Below, piece after piece: positions 9,287-19,210 of a DNA stretch of 64,000 nt. Position numbers and translations under genes: made by a program. The DNA is from an uncultured Coriobacteriales bacterium. Its GTDB lineage: Bacteria; Actinomycetota; Coriobacteriia; Coriobacteriales; UMGS124. The stretch is taken from the NCBI GenBank assembly GCA_934654475.1, contig CAKUFZ010000006.1, positions 36,189 through 100,188 of the forward strand, written 5' to 3'. The number at the start of each line of letters is the position of its first letter. Within the stretch, counting starts at the first letter, position 1. The notes beneath the pieces were generated by a model. That model was not told the DNA's origin. It did not search any database and saw only the letters and a program-made list of their open reading frames with translations.

Positions 9287-10722
9287 GCCTGGGTCACCGC
9301 CTCGACAGTCTTTTCCAATCCGGTTGAATGCGAGGCCTTGACGAGCAACGCGTCGCCCTCACATGCAAGTTCCTTCAAAACGTTCGCGGCGCCGGCGGCG
9401 TCTGCAACCTCGACCACGTTGTTCTCGCTCATGCCCATGAGCAGGGCCGCCTGGGCCATGGAACGCGAGAGCGGCCCCACGGCCACAAGCACGTCGACGC
9501 CCTTGCCCGCGGCATACCCTCCCACGGCGGCATGGATGACCTCGGAGTCCTCGCCCAGCTCGCCCATGTCGCCCAAGCAGGCAATACGACGGGTTGCCTT
9601 GAGGCTGCAGAGCACGTCGAGCGCGCGGCGCATCGAGTCGGCATTCGCGTTGTAGCAGTCGTTGATGAGCGTGATGCCGGCAGCGCAGCGCACGACCTGC
9701 TGACGGTTGCCCTCCAGACGCAAGCCTGTAAGCGCCTGGGAGATTTGCTCGGCAGCGATACCGAGCAGGTCGCCCATGGCGGCTGCAGCAAGCGCGTCGC
9801 TCACGTTGTGGACACCGGGAAGGCCCAGGTCGAGCTGCATGGAAGCGCCGCTTGGCAGCGTCGCCGCACCATGGGCGCACCCCACTTCGTCGAGCTCGAC
9901 GTTTGCGCACGACGCATCGTCGGCCTCGCTTGTGCCAAACGTGAGGGTGCGCACGCCTGCGGGGGCGGCAACGTTGCTGGCGATCCAAGGGGTGTAGTCG
10001 TCCTGGCCCCACAAAAGCACGCAAGGCTCAACGTCCAGGGAGTTGCCCGCCTGCTGCCCCAAAGCCGAGACCAGCTCGGACTTTGCGCGGGCAATGTTGA
10101 GACGGCTGCCGAGGATGCCGATGTGCGCCGTGCCCACGTTCGTGATGATGCCGATGTGGGGACGGGCGACAGCGGCGATGGCCTCAATCTCATGCATGGC
10201 GTTCATGCCCATCTCCACCACGAGCGCCTCGGCATCGAGCGGGCACGACAGCACCGTGAGGGGCGCACCGAGCGTGGAGTTGAGGTTGCCGGCAGTGGCA
10301 TGCGTCTTGAACTTGGTCGCAAGAACGCGCGCGCACATCTCCTTCGTCGTGGTCTTGCCCGACGATCCCGTGACGCCGACCACAACGCAATGCAGCTTGT
10401 CGCGCCACCAGGAGGCAAGGTCCTGCAGGGCCTTCTCTCCCGAAGCGGCCAGAAGCAGGGCCGCGTTGCAGGCACGGGCACGCGCAAACTCAGCCTCGGT
10501 AGGCTCGCGGGTCATGATGACCGCCGCCGCACCTGCCTCAAGCGCCCGCCCAACGTAGTCGTTGCCGTCGACGCGCTCACCCACAAGGGCGACGAACAGG
10601 CAGCCGTCCTCAACCTTGCGCGAGTCGATGGCGACCCCCACGACACGTCGGGGCTGCCCCGGGCACTCTATGACGCGCGCGCAGACCGCCTGGGCGATCT
10701 CACGCGGCTCGGCGTTAAACAT
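9277..10722 (-). CDS. murF: UDP-N-acetylmuramoyl-tripeptide--D-alanyl-D-alanine ligase MurF
   Basis: GVTGSSGKTTTKEM and NLNSTLGAPLTVL motifs. Start chosen at the ATG at 10722 (MFNAEPREI...), preceded by AGGAGAGG. Confidence 0.85.
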   Translation of the reverse strand: MFNAEPREIAQAVCARVIECPGQPRRVVGVAIDSRKVEDGCLFVALVGERVDGNDYVGRALEAGAAAVIMTREPTEAEFARARACNAALLLAASGEKALQDLASWWRDKLHCVVVGVTGSSGKTTTKEMCARVLATKFKTHATAGNLNSTLGAPLTVLSCPLDAEALVVEMGMNAMHEIEAIAAVARPHIGIITNVGTAHIGILGSRLNIARAKSELVSALGQQAGNSLDVEPCVLLWGQDDYTPWIASNVAAPAGVRTLTFGTSEADDASCANVELDEVGCAHGAATLPSGASMQLDLGLPGVHNVSDALAAAAMGDLLGIAAEQISQALTGLRLEGNRQQVVRCAAGITLINDCYNANADSMRRALDVLCSLKATRRIACLGDMGELGEDSEVIHAAVGGYAAGKGVDVLVAVGPLSRSMAQAALLMGMSENNVVEVADAAGAANVLKELACEGDALLVKASHSTGLEKTVEAVTQAWA

Positions 10723-10748
10723 CGAGCCTCTCCTTTCGTGCAAACAAC

Positions 10749-12665
10749 CTAATATGAAGGCGGGATCTGAAGCTTTTTCAGAGCCGTCTCCATGATGACG
10801 GACCACACGGGACCCGCAGCCTCCGAGCCCGTGGCGCCGGTTACATAGTCGATCATGACGTATACGAGAACCTTCGGGTCGTCGGTGGGGCCAAAGCCGA
10901 TGAACGACACCGTGTTCGTGTTTGCGAAGTACAAGCCGGTCGTGTCGTCAACGCGTTCGGCCGTACCGGTCTTGCCCGACAGGCGATACCCCTCGACCTT
11001 GCCGGTGTTGCCGTAGCCGTTCTCGATGACGCTGTACATCATCTCAGAGACCTGGCGGGCCGTGTCGGACGAAATGGCCCTGCCCACCTCGGGATAGTTC
11101 TGCTGCTGCCCGGCGATGCTCACAAGGAAATGCGGCTGCACGAGCACGCCATCATTGGCGATGGCGCTGATGGCGCGGGCCATCTGGAACGGAGGCACGG
11201 CGAGTGCCTGGCCAAACGCCATGGACGCCCAAGCGCCGGTGTACTCGCTGTACTCGGGCACGATGCCCGAGACCTCGCCGGGGTAATCGATGCCCGTGAG
11301 GGTGCCGATTTTGAAGCGCTGCGTGTAGTCGTAGAAGTTCCGGGAGCCGAGACCCTCGGCGCACTCGACCATACCGACGTTGCTCGAACGCTCGAGCACC
11401 TCGGTGAGCGTGAGGTCGATGTCGTAGTCGCGCTTGTCCGAATCGCCGACCCAGTCGTCACCGACCTGAATCTCGGAGGGGCAATAGTAGTTTGTCGTAG
11501 GTGTGGCAATGCCCAAATCGATGGCAGCAGAAGCCGTAATCGGCTTGAAGGTGGAGCCAGGCTCGTAGGAGTCGCTCACGCATTTGACGTTGAACGCCTC
11601 GGTCGTGGCGGCCTTGATGTTGGACAGGTCGAGGTAAGGCGTGGAGACGCATGCAAGGACCTCGCCGGTCTCGGGCTGCATCACGATGGCAACGCCCGAG
11701 CGGGCGCCCCATTCGGCCACGGCCTTCGCAATCTGCTCCTGCGCCGTGCGTTGGATGTCGAGGTCGATGGATATGACAATGTTCTCGCCGTCGACGGGGT
11801 CGATGCGCACGGCCTCGCCTCCCACGATGGGATCGCCGTCGCGGGAACGCTCCTGCACGAGGTAGCCGTCGGTGCCGGAGAGCACATCTTCATATTGAAG
11901 CTCAAGGCCCGTGATGCCCTTGTTGTCATCGCCACCGATGATGCCGATGACGTTGCCCGCGACCTCGCCCTGCGTGTACACGCGCTTCTGCACGTCCTCG
12001 TACTCAAAGCCCGAAAGCGCGACAAGGCCGGCCTTCTTGCGTTCGAGGTTGGCCGTCTCAAGGGCCGATTTGAGGTTTGCCTTCAACAGAGGGTCGGCGT
12101 TTTTGGCAAGATATTCGTACACCGAGTCGCGCGAGCAGATGTCGGCATACGTGCTCGCGTCGCCACCGAGCACCTCGGCAATGAGGTTGGCAGTGGCGTT
12201 GATCGCATCGTTTTTTTGCACCACACTGGGGTGGATGGCGATGTTGACGGCGTCGACCGAGCGGGCAAGCACGTTGCCGTTGCGGTCGTAGATGGCGCCG
12301 CGCCTATGGGGCAGCGTGAGGTTTGCCGTGCGCTCCTCAGAGGCGTCCGTCGAAATCTCGCCCGTCTCTATCGCCTGAAGACCGAAAAGTTTGAGGGTCA
12401 CGGCAAAAAAGGCCAGGCCGAGGACGCCACCCACCACCGTTTCACGGGAATAGGGCGTCTCGTAAAACCAGGCCAGGGCATGCTGGGCAAGCTTGCCGGG
12501 CACACTGTCTTGCGCGCGCCTGGCGCTGGGCCGCTCTTCGGCCGAAACGGTGTTGGGGGCATCGTTGCGCTCAGGGGCGCCCGGCCTGCTGGTACCGGGA
12601 GCGGTCTTGGACGAGTCGCGCCCGGAGGAGCTGCGCACCCGCGATTCTTCATCGCGCGCGGACAT
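10749..12665 (-). CDS. ftsI: Class B penicillin-binding protein (FtsI-type transpeptidase)
   Basis: Transpeptidase motifs STFK (EPGSTFKPIT), SSN (ERSSNVG) and KTGTA (SGKTGTAE). N-terminal TM follows a long charged cytoplasmic tail. Confidence 0.85.
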   Translation of the reverse strand: MSARDEESRVRSSSGRDSSKTAPGTSRPGAPERNDAPNTVSAEERPSARRAQDSVPGKLAQHALAWFYETPYSRETVVGGVLGLAFFAVTLKLFGLQAIETGEISTDASEERTANLTLPHRRGAIYDRNGNVLARSVDAVNIAIHPSVVQKNDAINATANLIAEVLGGDASTYADICSRDSVYEYLAKNADPLLKANLKSALETANLERKKAGLVALSGFEYEDVQKRVYTQGEVAGNVIGIIGGDDNKGITGLELQYEDVLSGTDGYLVQERSRDGDPIVGGEAVRIDPVDGENIVISIDLDIQRTAQEQIAKAVAEWGARSGVAIVMQPETGEVLACVSTPYLDLSNIKAATTEAFNVKCVSDSYEPGSTFKPITASAAIDLGIATPTTNYYCPSEIQVGDDWVGDSDKRDYDIDLTLTEVLERSSNVGMVECAEGLGSRNFYDYTQRFKIGTLTGIDYPGEVSGIVPEYSEYTGAWASMAFGQALAVPPFQMARAISAIANDGVLVQPHFLVSIAGQQQNYPEVGRAISSDTARQVSEMMYSVIENGYGNTGKVEGYRLSGKTGTAERVDDTTGLYFANTNTVSFIGFGPTDDPKVLVYVMIDYVTGATGSEAAGPVWSVIMETALKKLQIPPSY

Positions 12666-12667
12666 GG

Positions 12668-13126
12668 CTACTCGGTTTCTGCGGCCATATCAGCCGGGAC
12701 GCCGGATAGGTCCACCTCGGCACTCTGCTCAGGATAGGTCATGCCGTAGACCTGCGTCGCAATCGACCAGACGCGATCCTTGTCGCTGTAGATCGAGTTC
12801 TGCACCTCAAGTTCGGAGGCGCTGTAGCGCGCTGCCTCAAGCTGAGTGTCGAGGTCGGTGTTCTGGGAAAGGTAGCCGAACGTCGCTGCAACAAGGAACA
12901 CCTTGACAAGGCCCGTGAGCAGCACGGTAGCAAGAAGAGCACCGACGCACTTAGCAACAGTGATAACAACAGGCGACAGCGGCGTTGTGGCATGCGGGGA
13001 GTTTCCACCCTCCACGACGTTCCAATCGCGGCGCACGCGCTCGTGCTGTGGCGCGGTCTGCTCAGGCATAGCATAGGCATGCATATCGTAAGCTGTGTTG
13101 TCGTCGTATCGTGCCAACCCTGTCAC
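12668..13126 (-). CDS. ftsL: Small bitopic membrane protein, FtsL-like by position
   Basis: 152 aa with a single TM (VVITVAKCVGALLATVLLTGLVKVFLVAATFGYL) followed by a coiled-coil-like segment. Sits between rsmH and ftsI. The call rests on position and topology only. Confidence 0.5.
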   Translation of the reverse strand: MTGLARYDDNTAYDMHAYAMPEQTAPQHERVRRDWNVVEGGNSPHATTPLSPVVITVAKCVGALLATVLLTGLVKVFLVAATFGYLSQNTDLDTQLEAARYSASELEVQNSIYSDKDRVWSIATQVYGMTYPEQSAEVDLSGVPADMAAETE

Positions 13127-13174
13127 CTCCTTATGTCATCGCGTGCCGTCGTGTGCGGCACAGGGGTAGTGATT

Positions 13175-14164
13175 CTAGACCAATTTCACCGCAGATCGGA
13201 CCTTAGCGGAGCGAGAGCGCGGATTACGTACAATCTCTTCTTCACTGGGAACGCGAGGCTTGCGTTCTTGGAGTTTCAGTACAGATTTGCAGCCGCACAC
13301 GCACACCGGAAGGCCGGGCGGGCACGTACACCTCTCCGTGAAGGACTTGAACGTCTCCTTCACGATGCGGTCCTCGAGCGAGTGGTAACTGATGACGCAG
13401 ATGCGACCACCCGGGTTGAGCCAACGCACGGCCGCGTCCAAGCCGGACTTGAGCGCATCCATCTCGTGGTTGACCTCGATACGGATGGCCTGGAACGTCT
13501 TGCGCGCCGGATGGTGACCGCCGCTTCGACGCTCGGCCGCCGGGATGCCCTCTTTGATGACGTCGACCAGTTGCAGCGTCGTCTCGATCGGGGCGCTTGC
13601 CCTGCGGGCGACGATGCGAGACGCAATGCGAGAGGCCCACTTCTCCTCACCGTAGACGCGAAGGATGCGAGCCAGGTCGGCCTCGGTGTAGTGGTTCACG
13701 ACCTCATAGGCAGTCAGTGTGTTGTTGGCCGTGTCCATGCGCATGTCAAGCGGGGCGTCCTCGTGATAGGAGAAGCCGCGCTCGGGAATGTCGAGCTGGG
13801 GCGAGCTCACACCCAGGTCGAACAGGAAGCAATCGACACCGGGGACCTCGGCCTGCTGCAGCAGACGGTCGAGCTCGGAGAAGTTGCCCTTGAGCTGCAG
13901 GGACCTCAGCTCGGGCAGCTGCTCGCGAATGCGCGCGCCAGCGTTTGCCAGGGCAAGGTCGTCCTGGTCGACGCCGATGAGCATGCCCGTGGGGCCGCAC
14001 AGCTTGCCCATCTCAAGGGAGTGGCCGGCGCCGCCGAGCGTGCAGTCGCACACGACGTCGCCGTCAGTGGGGCGCAGCGTCTCAAGGACCTCGCCAAGCA
14101 TGACGGGGATGTGATGAAATTCAACCTGAGGGGCTTCGGCCCCGGCGAGTTCCTGTGTAGTCAC
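13175..14164 (-). CDS. rsmH: 16S rRNA (cytosine1402-N4)-methyltransferase RsmH/MraW
   Basis: HIPVMLGEVLE, DCTLGGAGHS and FDLGVSSPQLD motifs. Confidence 0.9.
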   Translation of the reverse strand: MTTQELAGAEAPQVEFHHIPVMLGEVLETLRPTDGDVVCDCTLGGAGHSLEMGKLCGPTGMLIGVDQDDLALANAGARIREQLPELRSLQLKGNFSELDRLLQQAEVPGVDCFLFDLGVSSPQLDIPERGFSYHEDAPLDMRMDTANNTLTAYEVVNHYTEADLARILRVYGEEKWASRIASRIVARRASAPIETTLQLVDVIKEGIPAAERRSGGHHPARKTFQAIRIEVNHEMDALKSGLDAAVRWLNPGGRICVISYHSLEDRIVKETFKSFTERCTCPPGLPVCVCGCKSVLKLQERKPRVPSEEEIVRNPRSRSAKVRSAVKLV

Positions 14165-14167
14165 CTG

Positions 14168-14608
14168 CTACTCCTCCAAAAAATCCAGGGCGAGCAGGTC
14201 TTCCTCCGCACGCCGATAGGCAGCTCCGTCGCAAACCTCGAGATGGTCCCCGCCGCCCACGATGGCGACGTCCTTGTCGAGGCCCACGATTTGGCGCAAC
14301 CTGCCCGGGATGCCGATGCGACCGGCCGAGTCAATGGCAGTCTCTTCGGTAAATGCGAGCAGGCGCGTGCGAAGCTGCACGTCGCGCGTGGAGCGCGGGT
14401 TGAAGCCCTCGCTGAAGAACGACTTGACCCATGCGTCGTAGGCCTCGGGCGCAAAGACGTAGACCGCCTTTTTGTCCAGAGACAGGACGCACTTCACAAT
14501 CTCAGGCAGATAGCGGCGCGCCTTGGCGGGAAGCGAGACACGACCCTTTGCGTCGAGCGTGTGCTCGGCAACGCCGGTAAAGCACGTATCTTGCGTCTCG
14601 ATATCCAT
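14168..14608 (-). CDS. mraZ: Transcriptional regulator MraZ
   Basis: Duplicated SpoVT/AbrB-like motifs DAKGRVSLPAKAR and DSAGRIGIPGRLR. First gene of the dcw cluster. Confidence 0.9.
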   Translation of the reverse strand: MDIETQDTCFTGVAEHTLDAKGRVSLPAKARRYLPEIVKCVLSLDKKAVYVFAPEAYDAWVKSFFSEGFNPRSTRDVQLRTRLLAFTEETAIDSAGRIGIPGRLRQIVGLDKDVAIVGGGDHLEVCDGAAYRRAEEDLLALDFLEE

Positions 14609-14687
14609 GTGCGCCTCCTCTCAGCCTGATTTTGAGCCGAATCGTCCAACTTGACTGTCAGGATACACCATAGCGGAGTGCTTTTAT

Positions 14688-14738
14688 CCCACTCCATGCA
14701 ACTTCATAGCTCTTTTCCCCCACTTCATCCCACCCCAC
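14688..14738 (-). promoter_or_regulatory. Candidate MraZ operator (GTGGG direct repeats)
   Basis: The minus strand reads GTGGGGTGGGATGAAGTGGGGGAAAAG...GGAGTGGGATAAAAG. Two GTGGG boxes start 10 nt apart (plus-strand CCCAC at 14719 and 14729). Further copies are at 14734 and 14688, 80-130 nt upstream of mraZ. Confidence 0.3.
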
Positions 14739-14750
14739 ACACAGCAAACC

Positions 14751-14870
14751 CCGCGCGTGAGGTTCTGCATCTCCCATAAAAAGCAGGTTCTCACGCGCAA
14801 GGCGCGCAGGGCCAATGCGTACTGGACGTACGTGAGGCCCTGCGGAACGCAGCGCGTGAGGTTCTGCAAC
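14751..14870. repeat. Intergenic structured repeat, family 1 (locus A)
   Basis: Layout is CGCGTGAG-GTTCTGC...GCAGGTT-CTCACGCG-CAAGGCGC...GCGTACTGGACGTAC...GGAACGCAG-CGCGTGAG-GTTCTGC. Shares its core with loci at 19.2, 26.6 and 46.8 kb. Confidence 0.8.
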
Positions 14871-14873
14871 TTG

Positions 14874-15827
14874 CTACATGTGGGCGCGGGGGTGAGCTGT
14901 GAAGTATTCCTCGCGTATATGCTCCCTATCCACATGCGTGTAAATCTGCGTTGTGGATATGTCGGCATGGCCGAGGATCTCCTGGAGAACGCGCAGGTCA
15001 GCGCCACCGGCAAGCATGTGGCTTGCAAAGGCGTGGCGAAGCACGTGGGGATGCAGGCCCGCTATGCCCACGGCGGCACCATAGTGCTCCACCACATTGA
15101 AGATGCTCTGCCGGCTGATGCGCCCGCCACGAGCGTTGAGAAAAACCGCGCGGGGGTCTTGAGATGCCGCCGACGAGGTCAGGTGCAAGAAAGGTCTGCC
15201 CTCGTCAAGATACGTGCTCAGGGCAACAAGCGCGCTGCCCACAATGGGCACGAGCCTCTCCTTGCTGCCCTTGCCAAAGATACGCAGAAATCCGGCGTCG
15301 AGATAGCAGGCGGAAAGGTCGAGGCCCGCGAGCTCGCTCACGCGCAGGCCGCAGCCATAGAGCACCTCGAGCATCGTCTTGTCGCGCATGCCGATGGGCG
15401 TTTCAGGAAACGGCTGGTCAAGCAGCTCGAAGGCCTTTTCCACCGAGATGGTCTCAGGCAGGCGCTGGGGCTTGCGGGGAGCCTTCACCTCAGAGGTGGG
15501 GAGCTTCTCCGCAAGCCCGTCGACATAGAGGAACTTATGCAGGCCCTTGATGGCCGAGACGGCCCTCTGGATGCTCGTGGCGGCCTTGCCCTCGTCGTGC
15601 AGGTGAGCCTGGTACGCTTCCACAAGACCGCGTTCCACCTGGTCGGGAGCGTTGACACCGTGCTCGTCTGCCAGCCATGCGACCCACGCGGTAAGGTCGC
15701 GCCTGTAGGCATCCACCGTGTTCTTGGAGGAGCCTTTCTCGACGCGCAGGTAATCGATATAGTCGGCCAAGCCCGCCTCGAGGGCGGACCTGGCCTGATT
15801 CGCTATGTCAGTCTTCGGCGCCGGCAC
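14874..15827 (-). CDS. xerD: Tyrosine site-specific recombinase, XerC/XerD family
   Basis: C-terminal catalytic region HPHVLRHAFASHMLAGGADLRVLQEILGHADISTTQIYTHV and an N-terminal SAM-like domain. No flanking mobile-element genes. Confidence 0.75.
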   Translation of the reverse strand: MPAPKTDIANQARSALEAGLADYIDYLRVEKGSSKNTVDAYRRDLTAWVAWLADEHGVNAPDQVERGLVEAYQAHLHDEGKAATSIQRAVSAIKGLHKFLYVDGLAEKLPTSEVKAPRKPQRLPETISVEKAFELLDQPFPETPIGMRDKTMLEVLYGCGLRVSELAGLDLSACYLDAGFLRIFGKGSKERLVPIVGSALVALSTYLDEGRPFLHLTSSAASQDPRAVFLNARGGRISRQSIFNVVEHYGAAVGIAGLHPHVLRHAFASHMLAGGADLRVLQEILGHADISTTQIYTHVDREHIREEYFTAHPRAHM

Positions 15828-15830
15828 AGC

Positions 15831-17462
15831 TTACCGCTCGTCGGCCTGAGCGCAGGAGGCCTTGATGAAGTCGCGGAACAGGGGATGCGGCTTGGTGGGG
15901 CGACTGCAGAACTCGGGGTGGAACTGGCCCGCGACAAACCAGGGGTGGACGTCGCGGGGAAGCTCGATCATCTCGACGAGGCGACCGTCGGGCGAGGTGC
16001 CCGACACAACCAGGCCCGCCTCCACAAGCTGGGAACGGAACTCGTTGTTCACCTCGAAACGATGGCGGTGACGCTCGGAGATATGCTCCTGGCCATAGGC
16101 CTCGGCACCCAGCGTGCCAGCGACGACGTCGCAGGGATAGGCGCCCAGGCGCATGGTGCCGCCCATGTCGACGATGCCGGCCTGGTCGGGCATGAGGGCG
16201 ATGACGGGATGCTGGGTCGTCTCGCTGAACTCGGCAGAGTTGGCGTCGGCCCAGCCGAGCACGTCGCGGGCAAACTCGGTCACGGCAACCTGAAGGCCCA
16301 GGCAGATGCCGAGATAAGGAATCTTGTGCGTGCGAGCATAGCGGGCCGCGCAAATCTTGCCCTCGAATGCGCGCGAGCCAAAGCCGCCGGGCACGAGGAT
16401 GCCGTCGGCGCTGCCCAGGACCTCGTCGGCATTTGCGTCGCAAAGCGTCTCGCCGTCGATGAGCTCGATGTCAACGGCGCGGCCGTTGGCAACGCCGGCA
16501 TGATGCAGGGCCTCAATGACCGACAGGTATGCGTCGGGAAGCTGGGTGTACTTGCCCACAAGCTTGATCTTGACCTCGCCGAGCGTCTCGCGGGTTGCCT
16601 CGGCGGCCGCCTTGGCATCGAGGAAGGCATCCCACTCGGCCATGTCGGACGTGCGCGGGTCCAGACCCAGGCGCTCGCAAACCTTGAGGTCAAAGCCCTG
16701 GTCGGCAAGCATCTTGGGCACGTCGTAGATGGAGGGGCAGTCGCCGTTCACAAAGACCTCGTCGGGGTCGACGTCGCAGAACGACGCGATCTTGTGGCAG
16801 ATCTTGTCGTCGACCTCGTGGTCGGCGCGCAGGACGATGATGTCAGGAGAGACGCCCAGGCCGCGCAGCTCCTTGACGGAATGCTGGGTAGGCTTGGTCT
16901 TCACCTCGTGCGACGCGGCGATGTAGGGAAGCAGCGACACGTGGATGTAGCAGACGTTCTCGTATCCCACGTCCTTGCGGAACTGGCGGATGGCCTCGAT
17001 GAAAGGCTGCGACTCGATGTCGCCGATGGTACCGCCGATCTCGGTGATGACGACGTCGGCGCCGGCCTTGTCGGCCACGCGGTGCATACGAGCCTTGATT
17101 TCGTTGGTGACATGGGGAATGACCTGGACCGTGCCGCCGAGAAAGTCGCCGTGGCGCTCGCGGTTGATGAGGGTCTGGTATACCGAGCCCTGTGTGACAT
17201 TGGAGTCGCGGTTGAGGCTCTCATCGATGAAGCGCTCGTAGTGGCCCAGGTCGAGGTCGCCCTCATGGCCGTCGTCGGTCACGAAGACCTCGCCGTGCTG
17301 GAAGGGGCTCATCGTGCCGGGGTCGACGTTGAGGTAGGGATCCATCTTCTGCATCGTGACCTTGTAGCCGCGGCTCTTGAGAAGGCGGCCCAAGGATGCT
17401 GCAGTGATGCCCTTACCCAGGGACGATACGACTCCGCCAGTCACGAATACATGTTTTGTCAT
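15831..17462 (-). CDS. pyrG: CTP synthase PyrG
   Basis: [20 protein letters not shown]-terminus and glutamine amidotransferase motif YLGICLGLQ. Confidence 0.95.
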   Translation of the reverse strand: MTKHVFVTGGVVSSLGKGITAASLGRLLKSRGYKVTMQKMDPYLNVDPGTMSPFQHGEVFVTDDGHEGDLDLGHYERFIDESLNRDSNVTQGSVYQTLINRERHGDFLGGTVQVIPHVTNEIKARMHRVADKAGADVVITEIGGTIGDIESQPFIEAIRQFRKDVGYENVCYIHVSLLPYIAASHEVKTKPTQHSVKELRGLGVSPDIIVLRADHEVDDKICHKIASFCDVDPDEVFVNGDCPSIYDVPKMLADQGFDLKVCERLGLDPRTSDMAEWDAFLDAKAAAEATRETLGEVKIKLVGKYTQLPDAYLSVIEALHHAGVANGRAVDIELIDGETLCDANADEVLGSADGILVPGGFGSRAFEGKICAARYARTHKIPYLGICLGLQVAVTEFARDVLGWADANSAEFSETTQHPVIALMPDQAGIVDMGGTMRLGAYPCDVVAGTLGAEAYGQEHISERHRHRFEVNNEFRSQLVEAGLVVSGTSPDGRLVEMIELPRDVHPWFVAGQFHPEFCSRPTKPHPLFRDFIKASCAQADER

Positions 17463-17618
17463 AGGTGAGTTCCCGTTCCTCTCGCCATGCCGTACGCGGC
17501 GGCAGCCGTTAAGTTACGGGGCTTCATTTTAGCACGGCCATGTTTCAAGTCGTGTTCGCCGCAGATATCAATAAAATATTGAAAATATTGCCGACATACG
17601 AAAAGCACCACGTCTCCC

Positions 17619-19172
17619 CTACTCGCCCTTGCCCTCGACCAAGTCGATGAGCTCCTGGTGAGAGTGGATGTCGAGCTTGGCATAGATATGCTTGACGTGG
17701 GCCTTGACGGTGTTGCGCGACACACTCAATCGCTCCTCGATGTACTCGCGGTTGCGCCCGCGCGCAAGCATCTCGAACACCTCGGCCTCGCGGGGCGTGA
17801 GCTGATGGTCGGACGCCACCTGGGCGCAACGCTCAGCGAAAGCCTCATCGGCCGAAGCATGCACCTCGATGTCGGGCTCAGGGGGCACGACACCTTCAAT
17901 CGTGGCGCGCAACGAGAAGCCGCGCAGGCCGAAGAGCATGTACGCGACGAGCGCCAGCAGCAAAAGGGCGACGAACTGGGCAAGCTGCTGGTGGCCGTCT
18001 GTAACCTCGATGCGGTTTGCCGTGGTGCCCAAAAGGGCGCCCAGCGTCGTGGCAAGGCCCGACATGCCCTGGCCCCACCCCATGATGGACAGGGCGGCAA
18101 GAGGGTTGCGGGAGGCGAGGGCAACAAGCGTGGAATTGAGGGCGACGCCAAACACGCAGGTACCGACCGTGAGAAGGCCGTTTGCCAACACTGCGCTGCT
18201 CGGCCCGATCACTATGACAAGCAAAAAGCCAGCCGTGAGAGCAAGAAGCGACACGTTGACGATCTCGTCGCCAATGAATCGGCCTCCGAGCGCAAGCACC
18301 ACGAGCGCAAGCACGCCCGCAAATGCAAGGCCGAGGTTGCCGAAAGACGGTGAGCCCGCCACCTCGCCGAAACGCAGCGCAAAGCCGAACGCCGCCTGCA
18401 CGAGAATGATGCAGATGTAAAGATTGCTCGTAAGCGGCAGATACGAGGCGGGGCGCGTCACAGAGAGTTCCGTGGCGGCGGGCCCTGCCGCAATCTCGTC
18501 GGCAAGGACGCCGGCGCGACGATGGGCGCATACGAGACAGACGGGAACAAGCACCGCAAGCAAAACGGCGCACACCTGCTGTGGAAGCGCGACAACGCGC
18601 ACAATCAGGTCAAGCAGCTGGGCAAACACGGCACCCATCGCGATGGCAACGACCGCCTGGGGCGCAGGCAACGACACGGCCGACAGGTTCGAGCTGATGG
18701 AGGCCCATCCGCGGCTCGTCACAAACAGGCATGCTCCCAACACCAAAAGGGCTGGGACGCGCAGGATCAAACCCATGAGCACGCCAATGACGCCGAGGGC
18801 CCAGATGCTCAACATGCACATAAAGAGACGTTTGCCGCTCAGAAGCGCAGGACGGGCAAGCGAGATGAGACCGAGCGCAATGGAGACAAGCGCGCTGCAC
18901 GTGATCGAGATATCACGCGCGTAGGTAAACACATCATCGAACAGGGGAAACAACGAACGGTTCATGAGCTGCACGGCGAGGCCCGCCAGGCCCATCGCAC
19001 AGCAGACAAGCCAGAACCCACGGCTGGCAAACGTCTCCCGGCAGAACTCGCGTACGTGCTGTGCCGCCTGTGCCACCGCCCCGCCCCCTTCGCGCGCAAA
19101 CCGCCCCGACACCTGCGATTCTACACGCGAAAGGGGCAGCCCCCAGCCCATGGCCGAAGACTGCCCCCTCAA
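17619..19172 (-). CDS. Membrane-spanning LuxR-family transcriptional regulator
   Basis: About 10 predicted TM helices followed by a C-terminal LuxR/GerE HTH (LTPREAEVFEMLARGRNREYIEERLSVSRNTVKAHVKHIYAKL). Confidence 0.8.
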   Translation of the reverse strand: MRGQSSAMGWGLPLSRVESQVSGRFAREGGGAVAQAAQHVREFCRETFASRGFWLVCCAMGLAGLAVQLMNRSLFPLFDDVFTYARDISITCSALVSIALGLISLARPALLSGKRLFMCMLSIWALGVIGVLMGLILRVPALLVLGACLFVTSRGWASISSNLSAVSLPAPQAVVAIAMGAVFAQLLDLIVRVVALPQQVCAVLLAVLVPVCLVCAHRRAGVLADEIAAGPAATELSVTRPASYLPLTSNLYICIILVQAAFGFALRFGEVAGSPSFGNLGLAFAGVLALVVLALGGRFIGDEIVNVSLLALTAGFLLVIVIGPSSAVLANGLLTVGTCVFGVALNSTLVALASRNPLAALSIMGWGQGMSGLATTLGALLGTTANRIEVTDGHQQLAQFVALLLLALVAYMLFGLRGFSLRATIEGVVPPEPDIEVHASADEAFAERCAQVASDHQLTPREAEVFEMLARGRNREYIEERLSVSRNTVKAHVKHIYAKLDIHSHQELIDLVEGKGE

Positions 19173-19210
19173 ACACTCAAACTTCCCTCTAACCCCACAT
19201 CACGAGGCAT

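Noticed and set aside
14874-15827. Tyrosine recombinase as a marker of an integrated mobile element.
   Set aside because: It has full XerC/XerD-type architecture and sits 3 nt downstream of pyrG in the same orientation. There is no flanking tRNA, no direct repeats and no cargo or phage genes. It is best read as the housekeeping chromosome-dimer resolvase.
14757-17468. Very long antisense ORFs. Examples: 903 aa at 14757-17468 (+), 1205 aa at 41241-44858 (+), 756 aa at 28977-31247 (-), 578 aa at 7919-9655 (+), 731 aa at 59352-61547 (+), 402 aa at 50339-51547 (-).
   Set aside because: Each lies exactly opposite a gene with unmistakable family motifs (pyrG/xerD, the Mo-enzyme, the phospho-sugar mutase, mraY/murD, sufS/sufD, the ferrochelatase-like gene). 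Their translations are low-complexity Ala/Gly/Arg/Val/His-rich, as expected for stop-poor shadow frames in high-GC DNA.
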